Shown here one piece after another: positions 1 through 12,600 of a DNA stretch of 64,000 nt. The notes under the pieces are model-generated. The model saw only the letters and a program-made list of their open reading frames with translations. It ran no database searches and was not told where the DNA came from. Both the position numbers and the translations under genes were made by a program. Origin of the DNA: Tubulanus polymorphus (lineage: Eukaryota; Animalia; Nemertea); the NCBI RefSeq assembly GCF_964204645.1, contig NC_134026.1, positions 24,772,150 through 24,836,149 of the forward strand, given 5' to 3'. The number at the start of each line of letters is the position of its first letter. Position 1 is the first letter of the stretch.

Positions 1-2375
1 TGTTACATCGACTACGGCCCAGTCCTGAATTTCAGCACTACCAATAATCAAATAGATAATGGCTCCTGTCGATGCGATCGCAGCACAAATGTAGAATACA
101 ATTTGCCATTCCTCTCTCGATTGCTGAAATGAAATTATTGGCCAAACTTGGATAATTTGTCTAAGGTAAGGCCACCAGCTGTTGCTAAAAACATTGCTTT
201 CTGCTACAAATCTGAATATTGCATTTCATAAATCTATAATGAGCACAGCAGGTGATGGTATTCTGAGAAGATGATCGTTACAGCATAATATCGGCTAAAG
301 TGTAAAAGAATTAATATCAATAACTCAATTACGTAAAAAGATTGCATCAAACTCACGTGGTTCGCAACTGCGCCGACAACGGCAGGTGCCACAAACCCTG
401 CCATGGTTGCAAATGTGTTCGTTATACCAAAAAGTATTCCAGAGAATCTGGGTGCGATGTCGACGTGGTTGCAAAGAATTACGCTGACAGAGCAGCCCAT
501 TGTCGCAACACCAGCGGTAAGAAGAGCTAGCGCCAAAATTGTTCGAGAGCAGTCGACGAAACCAAGCGCAATAACAAGAACAGACGGCAGGAATAAACCT
601 ACAATGAAAACAATTTCTTAATCGGATTCGACAGTAGCTATACTATAGTATATAGATTGAAAACAGTAGCGTCACGAACCATTGCGTAAAATTCACATTT
701 GATTCTCGACGATTTCGTCTAGCAAAGAACCTACCAATTGAAAACATAAGTTTTCTGATAGTCGTCGTTGATAGGAAAGATTTACTTCTCAGGAAATCGG
801 ACACTATTCCTGTTAGTGTGATGAACAACCACATCAGTACGTAGGTGATCGCCGAAAACACTCCATTCTGTAATCAATGCATTTTCACGTTCAAATTGCA
901 TTACAAAATTTAGAGAACCTCTAACAAGTTAGAAATCACGTTTTTATCTTCATCGTTTATTTACCGATTTGATGTCGAGTTCAAGCACGTCATTGATATA
1001 TGATGGTATATTTGTGAGAAACGTATAGAAAAGCCAAGTCGCAGATAGGTGCGCAACTACAAGTCCCCAAACAGGTGCAGATCTTACTATATCTGACCAC
1101 GGAATTTTCTAGAAAAGTTCCAAAAGCGATTATGTATGTAATATGCGAATGTGAAAACAAGTTAATTTTTAGATATTTGAGAGAACTACCTACAAGGTCT
1201 TTCTGCGCATCTATTATTTGCCCGTGTAGAGAATTCTGTATGTATTCTTTTTCGGTCGTTGAAATGCGAGGATGATCTTCGGGAGTATTGTAGACCAAAG
1301 CGAACCACAGCACACACCAAACAAGGCAGATACCACCGCTAATATAGAATATAGACGACCATTCAGCAAATTCACACAGCACACCAGATAAAGCCAAAGT
1401 CACTACTGTGCCTATTTGCATACCTGCATAGATTAAAAGTATCTATCTACTATGAAGCTAATAATGTATAAAAGTATGCGTATAAAATGATAAACGCAAT
1501 TAAAATTTCTAAATTTGAAAAACCCGTGTTGGCCTACCTGCATAAGAACTAGATGTGAGTCGACTCCTTTCTAACGGTGGTGCCCAGGCTGCCCAGATAG
1601 AATTCATAGCCGGGAAAGCAACTCCCTGAAAAACAGCCGTTAATCCGTCATCCATTCACTGTATTCAACGACTGTGTAACAAGTTCAATGTATCACCTAC
1701 CTCCCCTAAGCCGACTATGACTCTCACAAGTATCAGGAAATAAGGGCTTACAGTTGCGGCTACTGGAGAGAGCAGTGTACCGAGAGCAGCGATGGCCATG
1801 CAAACTCCAAAAACTATTTTACCACCAAATCTAAACGCTAGCAAACCTCCGGGTAACTGGGTGGCTATGTATCCCCAGAAAAATGAACTTAGAATCAAAC
1901 CTTGCGTTTCTTTCATCCATACATACTCCCCTTCCTAGTGAAATTGAAATTACAAACTATTATCATTTGACATGGTAGAATTTTCAAATGAAATGGATAA
2001 GCGTTTGATATCTTACTTCAAATGACGATTTTCTCCCGAAACCTAAATTAGTTGAACAATTGACTTTGTCCTGGAAATCGTTAGTACCATTTTCAGAAGA
2101 TAGAGCTTTGACGGCCGTTTGGTTTACCATACAGACGACTGCAACACTCATGTTCACCCGCATAGCGTACAAGTTGAAAAAACCGAAAAAAACGATAAAG
2201 GCAAGTCCAACACGCGACGATCCAAGCCATGATACTGAAAGCAATTGAATGATAATATAATGACAAACCTATGACTTACGGTATGCATTATCCCTTATCA
2301 TCCTTAAGTGCCAGATGTACCTTTATGTTCTTCTTCGACGGCATCGCGTTCACTCGTCAGTCCCGATATCGTCAT
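1..2375 (-). CDS. SLC17/sialin-like MFS anion transporter, copy 1 (canonical type; multi-exon; 3' end runs off the window)
   Basis: Spliced exons give [46 protein letters not shown]|[53 protein letters not shown] and EWQIVFYI. The ATG at 2375 is inferred from a phase-1 join to the 2235 exon. Confidence 0.88.
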
Positions 2376-2795
2376 GACTAAACTAGTGCCTCAGGTCTTC
2401 GACAAGCAGATTGAAAATACATTATACGGCATGTATTCTTCTTTTGTATGCAAAGCAAACAGCAGTGAACTATAGGATCCTCCTTCGAGATCTGTACTAT
2501 ATATATATATGTATATATATACATAAGCACCTAACCGCGCGCTACATTTTTTGCAACCTTGTCTGCATTTTTAACATAGCGAGAAAGAAAGCTTGAAAAT
2601 ATTCACCGTCAATGTCATTCAATTACAATGATTCTTCTTTGCTTGAATAATATGTATGGAATATGAAAAAAGAATATATTCATGTATAAGAAAAAATAAT
2701 CTTTGTTCATTTGAATATTCTAATTAGATATATAAGCAAGGCAAGGGCACAATATATATATTTATGCCTATATAAGTATTTCGCATTTCCTTTAT

Positions 2796-5394
2796 TCATT
2801 TATTTTCTAGTACATCCAACACAAGTTGTTCTTCTTTAGTAGCACTTCGTCTTTGTAAAAGTGGATATCTATTTTCACCAGCGTTTACATCGTTTATATC
2901 ATTATTATCTTCGGAATTATCATTCCTTGCCCATGCTTGGACCTCACCGCTTCCTAGGATTGAGTATACCAATGCACCAAATAAACTAATCGCTGCACAT
3001 ATGTAGAAAAATATTTGCCATTCTGCTCTTGTTTGCTAGAAATATTTGATAGAATCATATGCTTTCATCATCGTAATTCTGAATAAAAAAGTCTTATAGC
3101 TATCATTATTATAAACACTCACATGCGTCGTTATGATACTGGCAATTACTTGTCCAAGTAAGCCCGCAAGAAAAAAGAATATGCCTGTGCTACCCACCAA
3201 CAAACTGGCATATTTTGGAGCTACGTCCACCTGGTTACACGAAGTAACACTAGCTTCAGATCCCATCATCGCCATTCCAACAATGAGGAAAAGTAACGCA
3301 ATAGCGATGTTTGAGCAATCCAAGAAGCCCAGAATTATGATAAAGACAGACGCGAGAATCGATCCTGAAGAAAAAAACAAAATATTCATCTTACAAAGAT
3401 GATCTGAAATCAAGGGAAATATTGTTTAAGAATGAACCCACCAGTACAAAAATATGCCTTCCGTATTGACGAGATTCTACCAGGGAATCTTTTGATGAAG
3501 ATATCAGCTGACATTCCGGATAATACGATAACAATCCACATTGCTGCGTTTGAAAACGAAGAAAGTACGCCATTCTGAATGTTAAAAAGACATAGGCCTA
3601 CAGTGAATACTTTGAAAAATTCAGTTGAGTCCATCCTAAAACATATACCGGATAAATTTTTCATTCACGGAAGACTTCAATTTCCCTTTCAGCAGTATAA
3701 GCACTATTTGTTACTAACCGACTTGATGTCAATTTTAAGAACTTCATTGATATACGTCGGCACGACCAGCACAAAGGTCATGTACGTCCAAGCGTAACAG
3801 AAACATCCTATATTCAAAGCCCATACAGGACCTGACTTGACCATCTCAATCCACGGAACATCTTTGAGATTCTGTAAGAAAATTAATCTATAGTAGATTT
3901 TCTGATGATTTTTTCATGTATACGCGCATGAGAATTTTCAAGGATATTGTGTACGTACTAACTTATTTGTTTTCCCGACCTGCCCGGCTAGAGAATCCTG
4001 TATATACTTTTTCTCAGCCGGTGAAATTCTAGGATGTTCTTCCGGGGAATCATAAACGATAATAAACCAGCATACGCACCAAACACACGATAGCCCGCCA
4101 AATATATAGAAAATTGATGGCCATCCCAAATATGCACATAAAACCCCGGAAACCATTTGGGAGACTATTGTTCCGAATTGAGTACCTAAAACAGGATATA
4201 CCGGAATGAATTAAATTGCACGACAAGTGATGATCAATATAGTAATCAATTCTAGAGCCTTACCTGCAAAAGAAATAGTAGTCAATCTACTTCTCTCTAA
4301 CGGTGGAGCCCAGGCCGCCCACAATCCAAATCCTGCAGGAAATGCAAAACCCTGAAAAAGAAACACACGCACAAATCTACTGCTACAAGCATTCGATTTT
4401 CTTCATAAAACCCCTAAATTCTGATATACAAATGAAATTTACAGTTATACCCCGCTATACCATAGACCCCACTTAATCCGGATCATTTGGCGACAATGAA
4501 GTTGATCATCTTCATGAGAAATCCGGATTAAACATCATACGCGTGTCACATATTTATGTATAGGTGGACTGTAAATGGCTGGATTAAACTGATGCGGGTT
4601 AGGCAAAATATATACCCTTACTTGTGAAGATTCGAAAGATAAGAACTAACCTGGCAGATGCCGATGATAAATCGAAGTGCGATGACAAGGTAAGGACTAA
4701 CTGAAGATGCAATTGGAATCAACAATGTGGCAACAGCCGACACTGCAGAAGTTATTCCGAATACACTGCGTCCGCCATATTTAGTAACGATCATACCGGC
4801 CGGGAGAGCAGTTATAAACACCACCCCAATATATCGAACTTAGTATCAATCCTTGGGTTTCTTTCAACCAAATGAAACTTCCTTCCTGATATATAATGTT
4901 CAACAAGAATGAAGAAGTTATCAAAATATGACATGACGACGACGATGATGATGGTACGGAACTTGTTCTAAAAACCATTTTACATCTACCTCGCTTATGG
5001 ATTTGTGACCGAAGCTCAAATTTGAGGAACATATTACGTTGTCCACATCCTGCACCGTCGAATTTTCTTTTGAAAATGTTACTTCTTTTACCGCTGTGTG
5101 ATTCACCATACACACTATTGCTACACCTATACTAACTCTTAATGCAGACAACGAAAAAAATCCGAAAGACACGACGATTGCCAATGCCAATCGGGATGAC
5201 CCGATCCATTTATCTAGTTGAGAAATTAAAATCGACATAAGTTTAATACAAATAACTCACAAAGAAACTACGTAGGTACTTTTCGTTGTCAAGTCTAAAC
5301 CGATGTTTATCTATAATGAGTTTTTTTGGATGCTTTGAATTGTAAAAATATATTTAGTCAATTTACCGCCTCGATCCTGGTAAACATCTGCCAT
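2796..5394 (-). pseudogene. SLC17/sialin-like copy 2 with a +1 frameshift in exon 3 (pseudogene or assembly error)
   Basis: Complete exon set from MADVYQDRG to ...VLENK*. The frame SSIYWG runs into GVYNCSPGRYDRY* while the homologous VFITALPAG continues in another frame at ~4821-4827. Confidence 0.7.
4442..4571. mobile_element. Short TA-flanked CAG...CTG MITE-like insertion in an intron of copy 2
   Basis: TA|CAGTTATACCCCG...GTGGACTG|TA with internal AATCCGGA motifs. This intron is longer than the paralogous introns. Confidence 0.45.
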
Positions 5395-6102
5395 ATTCAG
5401 TCTGTATTTTCCAAAAAGCCATGCATTCTCTGGTGAGCTATCTAGTTTTGTGCCATATTTATAATATCTTATCAAATGAACTAATTCACAGTCTACAACT
5501 ATTGATATATGTCGACGAAATTGACTTAGTCGTTAATAAAATTCATAGGTGCCACTTCAAAAGATATCTTTGACAGCTGTTTACCATTCAAACGACTGCA
5601 AAGTTATCACTTGTAGTGAATAAGTTTGATGAATCCAACAGTATACAATCATTTTTGCTATAAAGCGAGTGGCAAAACTAAAGAATATACAATTTGTTTT
5701 CAATTTAGATTTATTCAAATACATTTTCTTCGCTTCAAACTTTAAACGCTTTCTTATTATTCATTACACACAGAAAAAAATTAGAATATAGAAAACGAAT
5801 ATAATGAAAATAAATTAGGTTTCATCCAACAATATTTTCTGTAAATGAAACTGAGTTCTTATTATAACGATATAGATTCGTAGTCGTACTATAAGGATAT
5901 AAAGCTTAATTAGATTTTGATTCTGTTATAAATTTGAATCGTTTTTTACCAACGCTTAACGACATAAAAGCTCTACAAAACCATTAATCTAGGTTTACTT
6001 ATCATACACAAACAAACAAAAAAATATTGCCATAAACTTTCTAACTTCTAATAAAAAACAAACAAACTATTTGTATACACTATATAGGTTATGTTCCTTG
6101 TT

Positions 6103-8492
6103 TCAAGTGTAAATCTTCTTTGAATCAGTTGTTAGTTTTGAGCTTTCATCCAGTTTTGGTATAGGTGTTAGGTTTTCTAAGTCTCTGTCTTCTTGATAAT
6201 CATTTTTCGCCCAAGTTTGGACTTCGCCACTTCCTAGGATCAAGTAAACGAATGCACCAAATATTCCAATCCCTGAACATATGTAGAAAAAGATCTGCCA
6301 TTCTTGTCTTGTTTGCTGTAAGTATTACATAATAAAGTAGATCATATTGCTTTTGTAATGTCGTAATTAAAGATTCTAAAATTTGCTTTTTTGTCTATTT
6401 CTACGTGTGTACATACGTGTTTAGTTATAATTCCTGCGATTGCTGGGCTAAGTAAGCCCGCAACCGCGGAATAGGTTGATGCCGAACCAACCAACAAACC
6501 AGCGTATTTTGGGGCTATATCAACTTGGTTACAAAAGACCACACTACACGGGCAACCTAACGCCGCTCTTCCCGCGATAAGGAAGAATAAAGCCAAACTA
6601 AGGTGAAAACAATCGAAGAATCCCAAAAGTGAGATCAAAACGGATGAAGCGATCAATCCTGAAAGGTGAAGATTGACTTGTATGATTCATAATTCATAAT
6701 TACGTGGTAAAACTGTAATTTTGGAAAGCCTACCAGCAGAATAAAATGTTTTCCGTGTCAACGTTATTTTATCAGGATACCTATTGATCAGGAAATCAGC
6801 GGAAATTCCACATATCATGATAACTATCCACATCACTGCGCTACATATTGATGAAAATATTCCATTCTGCAATAGAATGATCACAAATCATTACAAATTG
6901 AAAAATGGTATTTAATGATAAGACTCAGATCCTTGCACCACTTACAGATCTAATGCCAAGTTTAAGAACATCATTAATATAGGACGGTGTCATCACCAGA
7001 AAAGCTAAGTTAGTCCATGAAAAACAAAAATAACCAATGTTTAAAGCCCATACTGGACCAGACTTGATCAATCTACTCCATGGGACGTCTTTCAATATCT
7101 ACAAAACATGTGCAAAAGAATTATTCTCAAACGGGCGACGTTCGATGCTGATCAACATAAAGCAACTTTAAACATAACTTTAAACTGTCTTTTTCCATCT
7201 GCCCGACTAGGGATTCCTGTATATATTTTTTCTCGGCTGCTGATGTTCTGGGATGTTCCTCAGGTGTATCGTAAGCAATGTTAAACCAAAAAAGACACCA
7301 AACACACGACAAACCGCCAAAAGCGTAAAAGATCGACGGCCATCCCAGATATTCACAAAACACACCCGAAAGCATTAAGTCCATTACCGTTCCAATTTTC
7401 GCACCTGAAATGATATTTCACCCATTATTTGTTGTACCGAATTAAACGAACCCAGTACTTATTCAGATGTAATTCCGTGACGATACGATAATTACCTGCC
7501 ATAGAAATAATAGTCAGCCTACTTCTCTCTAAAGGTGGTGCCCAGGCTGCCAAAATGATAGATACTGCCGGAAGCGCGAACCCCTTGAATATATATCAGG
7601 CCTTGATCAATTTTTTCAAGCATTTCAATGGAAAATGCATTCATAAAAATTGTATATATATATAATATTTATGAAAACCGAAACAGCAATCGACAAATGT
7701 TTGAATTTTTAATATTATTTCACTTGCCTGGCAGAGGCCGATGATAAAGCGAAGTGCGATGACAAGATAAGGACTAACTGTTGAAGCAATTGGAATCAAT
7801 AATGTAGCTGCAGCTGATACTGCAGTAGTGGTTCCGAATATAATGCGTCCTCCGTATTTTGTTACGATCACGCCGGCCGGAAACGAAGTGAATAAGTAAC
7901 CCCAAAATACTGAACTAAGAATCAAACCTTGAGTTTCTTTCAACCAAATGAAACTTCCTTCCTGGTCGAATAAGAAAAATCACGAATCTATATTCAAGTT
8001 CAAGATGATTTACATAGTAATTTGTTTCTGTTAAAAACCTGTTAGAATTTCATTCTACCTGATAGTTGGATTTGTAACCTAAACTATCATTTGAGGAACA
8101 TTTTTCGCTGTCTTCGCCATGCGTCGACAAATTTCTCGTTTGTAATGTCAACTCATTTACCGCGGTTTGGTTCACCATACAAACTATTGCAACACTCATA
8201 CTCGCTCTTAAAGCAGTCAGAGAAATAGTCCCGAAGAAAATAACAGCGGCCACAGCTAAACGGGACGAGCCAATCCATTTATCTAGGATATGAATTTAAT
8301 GCTAATACAAGTATACACATTATAAGTTATATACGCATATACAATATTCTCGCGTATCTAATGCAACAAGTTTCGTTAGTATCAATATATCTGTGTACCT
8401 TCCGTTCATAACATAATTTTTAATTCATTTCTACGATATGGAATAATAATTTTCATTTACTTACGACCTGTATTTTCATCAAAAAACACCAT
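6103..8492 (-). CDS. SLC17/sialin-like copy 3 (divergent type; one splice donor appears mutated)
   Basis: Exons MVFFDENTG / TALRASMSVAIVCM / SSVFWGYLFTSFPAG..RFIIGLCQ / [10 protein letters not shown] / EHPRTS / [11 protein letters not shown] / [16 protein letters not shown]. Confidence 0.8.
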
Positions 8493-8784
8493 TTTATACT
8501 GAATCGCTACAGAGTGTATTCGCAGATTTTAAACCATATTTCGATACATTTTGGCCTAATGCATTGGATATTCTGATATATGTAAATCGATTCCGCATTG
8601 AATGAGCTTGAAATAATTAGATTTAAATCAAAATAGTTTGAATCGCTGATGTCGTCTAATACATACACAAGCCATCTGACGCCTGATAAATACAACGTTG
8701 TCTGTCTTGTATTTTTGGTGAGCCTTTCGTTGACATTAGATTTCGGTATGTTCCTTTTCGTCAATTGTCTGTTTTCAGGGATTT

Positions 8785-8850
8785 AAAACGAAGCTCCAAA
8801 TATTCCAATTACTGCACATACGTAGAACAAATATTTGCCACACTTCTCTT
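8785..8850 (-). pseudogene. Degenerate relic of an SLC17 terminal exon
   Basis: Aligns to the last exon of copy 3 (6246-6310). It reads WQIF(+1)FYVCAVIGIFGASF* with a frameshift. Confidence 0.6.
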
Positions 8851-9130
8851 ACCGTGATAACATTTTCTATTTTCAGGTGCCCTCATTTCTATAGTTTGTG
8901 AAAAATTTGATGGTTACTTCAGATTTGTAACTTGATATGGACCGGTAAAACTTCCGGAAATTTCTTCCAGAGACTTGAGAAGACGGAATTTGATTTTGAA
9001 TAAAATAAACAATGAATGAAGTTGTATTATCCGAAATACGGATATGAATATTTATTTTTAGTTCACCAGCGCACATAATTAGTAAATATTCAAATGAGTA
9101 ATATCATGATAAAGGTAATTATCAGCTGGT

Positions 9131-9607
9131 TTGATTTTCTCATCGAACCGCAACGCGCCGGCTCAAAGAAACCGAACCCCAGCGACAGAGCCCGATGTAA
9201 CCCCTGCCCGCGATGAAAGTAATGATGAAAAAAAACGAACCCCAGCGACAGAGCCCGATGTAACCCCTTCCCGTGATGAAAGTACTTTTTCTGGTTTTAC
9301 GTTTCGAGCTTCACCTACCCTGCCACCTCAAGTTGCTGTTAATAATGATGCAACATCTGGTGCGAACGAAACAACCAGCCGCAAGGAATACGCCACACTG
9401 ACCAACTCTACGAAATCGCGCACCCGTAAAACCGCGCCTGCTGGAAATCGTAAACGGGATACCGTTAGACCTCCGGAAAAAAGAGCCAGAGTAGCGTCTG
9501 AACCTGAACAATCATCAGTAAACGAAGCGCTCCGAGACGCCAGGTTCGTCTTGGATATGGACAGTGGATTACATCTATCCCAACCGCTAGCAACAGCTCC
9601 AGAATAG
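9131..9607 (+). CDS. LINE ORF1 C-terminal remnant (low-complexity, Thr/Pro/Arg-rich)
   Basis: Open frame 9119-9607 with no ATG near its 5' end, GC-richer than the flank, ending in TAG directly before the ORF2 frame. Confidence 0.55.
   Translation: MIFSSNRNAPAQRNRTPATEPDVTPARDESNDEKKRTPATEPDVTPSRDESTFSGFTFRASPTLPPQVAVNNDATSGANETTSRKEYATLTNSTKSRTRKTAPAGNRKRDTVRPPEKRARVASEPEQSSVNEALRDARFVLDMDSGLHLSQPLATAPE
9173..9284 (+). repeat. 63-bp tandem duplication within ORF1 (RTPATEPDVTPxRDES x2)
   Basis: CGAACCCCAGCGACAGAGCCCGATGTAACCCCT(G/T)CCCG(C/T)GATGAAAGTA occurs twice, 63 nt apart. Confidence 0.9.
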
Positions 9608-12600
9608 GATTGCGCCGAGCCAGGAGAAATTAGTATCCTGTGTCTGAATATTTGTGGTTTGAAATCTAGATCATATACTCTAGAGTTTGATAGTTTATGC
9701 AAGTCAGCTGATATTTTAGTTTTTTCTGAAACCAAACTTGATGATTCCGATGAATTGTGGGTAAAAGAGTATTTTAAAAGTGTCGGTTACGAAGTAGTCA
9801 TGAATAACAGATCAAATCTAGCTATAAGGAAATCTGGGGGAATCCTGGTTGCTTTTAAGCAAAGTCTAAACAGATATATTAAAACTATTCATAAATCAAC
9901 CAATATCATTCAATGGATTGAAATTGATAAGAGATTCCTAGGGTGGAAAAAACATTTGTTAATTGGAGGAGTATATATTCCCCCAGAAACTAGTAGATAT
10001 GGAAATATTAACTTATTCGATGAACTCGACACTGACGTTATAAACCGAATGAGTTCTACCGATGCTTATTTTTGTCTATGTGGCGATTTCAATGCCTACA
10101 CAAAGCAGTTATTAGACTATTTACCCCATGACGAAATACTCATGGAATTCCTAGGCCTAGACGAAGTTTTTGTGGAAGATCGTCATAACCTTGATGCACT
10201 AAAAATACAAGGTCTACTCAATAGGAAAAACAAAGACTCCTCTATCAATAATTGGGGTTATCGTTTGTTAGACTTTTGTAAAAATCACAACATGTTCATT
10301 GCAAATGGCAGATTAGGTAGGGATAAAGGAATCGGTGAGTACACGTGCATCAAAGGGGAAAATAACCATGTTATTGATTACTTTATTATGTCTCCCTATT
10401 TGTTGTCAAAATGCGTGAACTTCAATGTAAACGACTATGACCAAATGATTTCAGACGTACACTGTGCTGTTACGTGTTCCTTCTCTATTTCACACACGAG
10501 AAGTCCATATACAAATGTACAAAACATGCCTAACATACCAGGTAAAATTAAATGGAACAGTGGTCGAAGCGATGTTTTTAGAGAGGCAATCAACCAAACC
10601 GAATTGAATAAAATAAATATCGAACTTCAAAATGATATAATAGACAGCGCCTGTGCGAATAAGCGTATATGCGACATTTTAAATAAGGCGGCAGGGGCCA
10701 CAATGGGCCGAAGCCGGGTTAACTTTGACAAACCAAAAACTTTGTTACATGACTATAAAGTGAAACGAGACTGTAGAATTTATAGGAAAGCGAAAAGAAA
10801 TTATAAAAGATATCGATCCGTCCAAAATAGAACTAATCTGAATTCGGCGTATAAGAGGTATAAAACATCGATAAAGATATCAAAACAAAAGAAAGTTAAA
10901 TTGCACAATGACCAAATAGGAAAGTTAGCAAAAGACGATCCAAAAGCTTTTTGGAAATATTTCCGAAAGGAAAAACCAAATGAATGTAAAGCGTCGCTAG
11001 ATGATTTATTTGACCACTTTTCCGTCATTAACCAAAACCGTAGTGCAGAAAATGATAATCGTAATTTTTTCAATGTGAATGACTTCCTTCATGACCACAA
11101 TGATGATGCACTTAATAGGCTAATCACTGAGGGAGAAATATCTAAATGTATAAAATGCCTCAAAAATAATAAAGCCCCTGGAAACGACGAAATTTTAAAC
11201 GAATTCCTCAAAACTGCAGAAAATGAAATCATGCCTACCCTCGTTTTGTTGTTTAACAATATTTTGAAAACTGGCTGCATTCCGGAAGAGTGGGCTGTAG
11301 GTATTATCACTCCAATCTTTAAGAATAAGGGAGACCCTTCCAATCCGGATAACTACAGAGGAATTACTCTATTAAGCTGTATGAGCAAATTGTTTACGAG
11401 CCTGATTAATAAACGTTTAGAGGAGTTTTTGATGGATAACCAATTACTGAATGAAAATCAAGCTGGATTTCGAAAAAATCGTAATATCATGGACCATATT
11501 TTCACATTGCATTCTCTTATAGATATTCTGACTAGTAATAAGCGGAAGCTTTACTGTATATTTATTGATTACCAAAAAGCATTCGATACAATATGGAGAA
11601 AAGCACTGTGGCATAAATTAATTTTAACGGGAATTACAGGAAATATCCTCCGAGTGATTCATAACATGTATCAACATATTAAATCTAAGGTCAAGGTAAA
11701 CGATCGATTATCAGAAAGCATAGATAGTCAAATTGGGTTACGTCAAGGGGAAAATCTGTCACCAGTGCTTTTCTCCATATTTGTCAATGACCTCGAGTCT
11801 TTCTTATACGAGAAAGGGTGTCAAGGATTAGATTTCCAGCTGGATGATTTCTGGTTTAACATATTAATACTTTTATATGCCGACGATACTTTATTATTAT
11901 CTGACAATGCTTCCAAACTGCAAAATATACTTGACCATGTTGTGGATTACTGCCAAACATGGCAGTTAGTAATCAATGTCGAAAAAACCAAAGCCATAGT
12001 TTTCGAAAAAAGACGATCTAACAGACAGCCCATTTTCTATATCAGGGGGGTAGCCTTGGATACAGTATCTGACTTTAGATATTTGGGAGTACACTTTAAT
12101 TATACTGGAAATTTCGCTAAATGCAAAAAAGATATCTGTGACCAAGCAAAAAAAGCACTATTTTTTGTTCTTAAAAAAGTACAGCAATACTCCCTAACTA
12201 TAGACATTGCATTTAAAATTTTTGATGCAATGGTGGGATCGATCCTTACCTTTGGTAGTGAAATATGGGGTTTCTCGAACTTAGATGCAATCGAGAAAAT
12301 ACACCTAATGTTCTGCAAATACTTATTGAAATTGAAACGTGCAACTCCAAATGCTATGGTTTATGGAGAATTAGGTCGTTTTCCTTTTGAAATACAAATA
12401 AAAGTCAGAATGGTTAAGTTTTGGGGACATCTGATCACAGAGAGCAACACTCATTCTAGTAAAATGTATCGTATCCTAATAAAAAATCATGTAAATGGTA
12501 AGACCAGTAAATGGATCACTTGTATTCAGTCTATCTTAGAAAACTGTGGTCTAGGTTACATTTGGTACGAACAATCTTTCCCGAATATCCGGTATTTATC

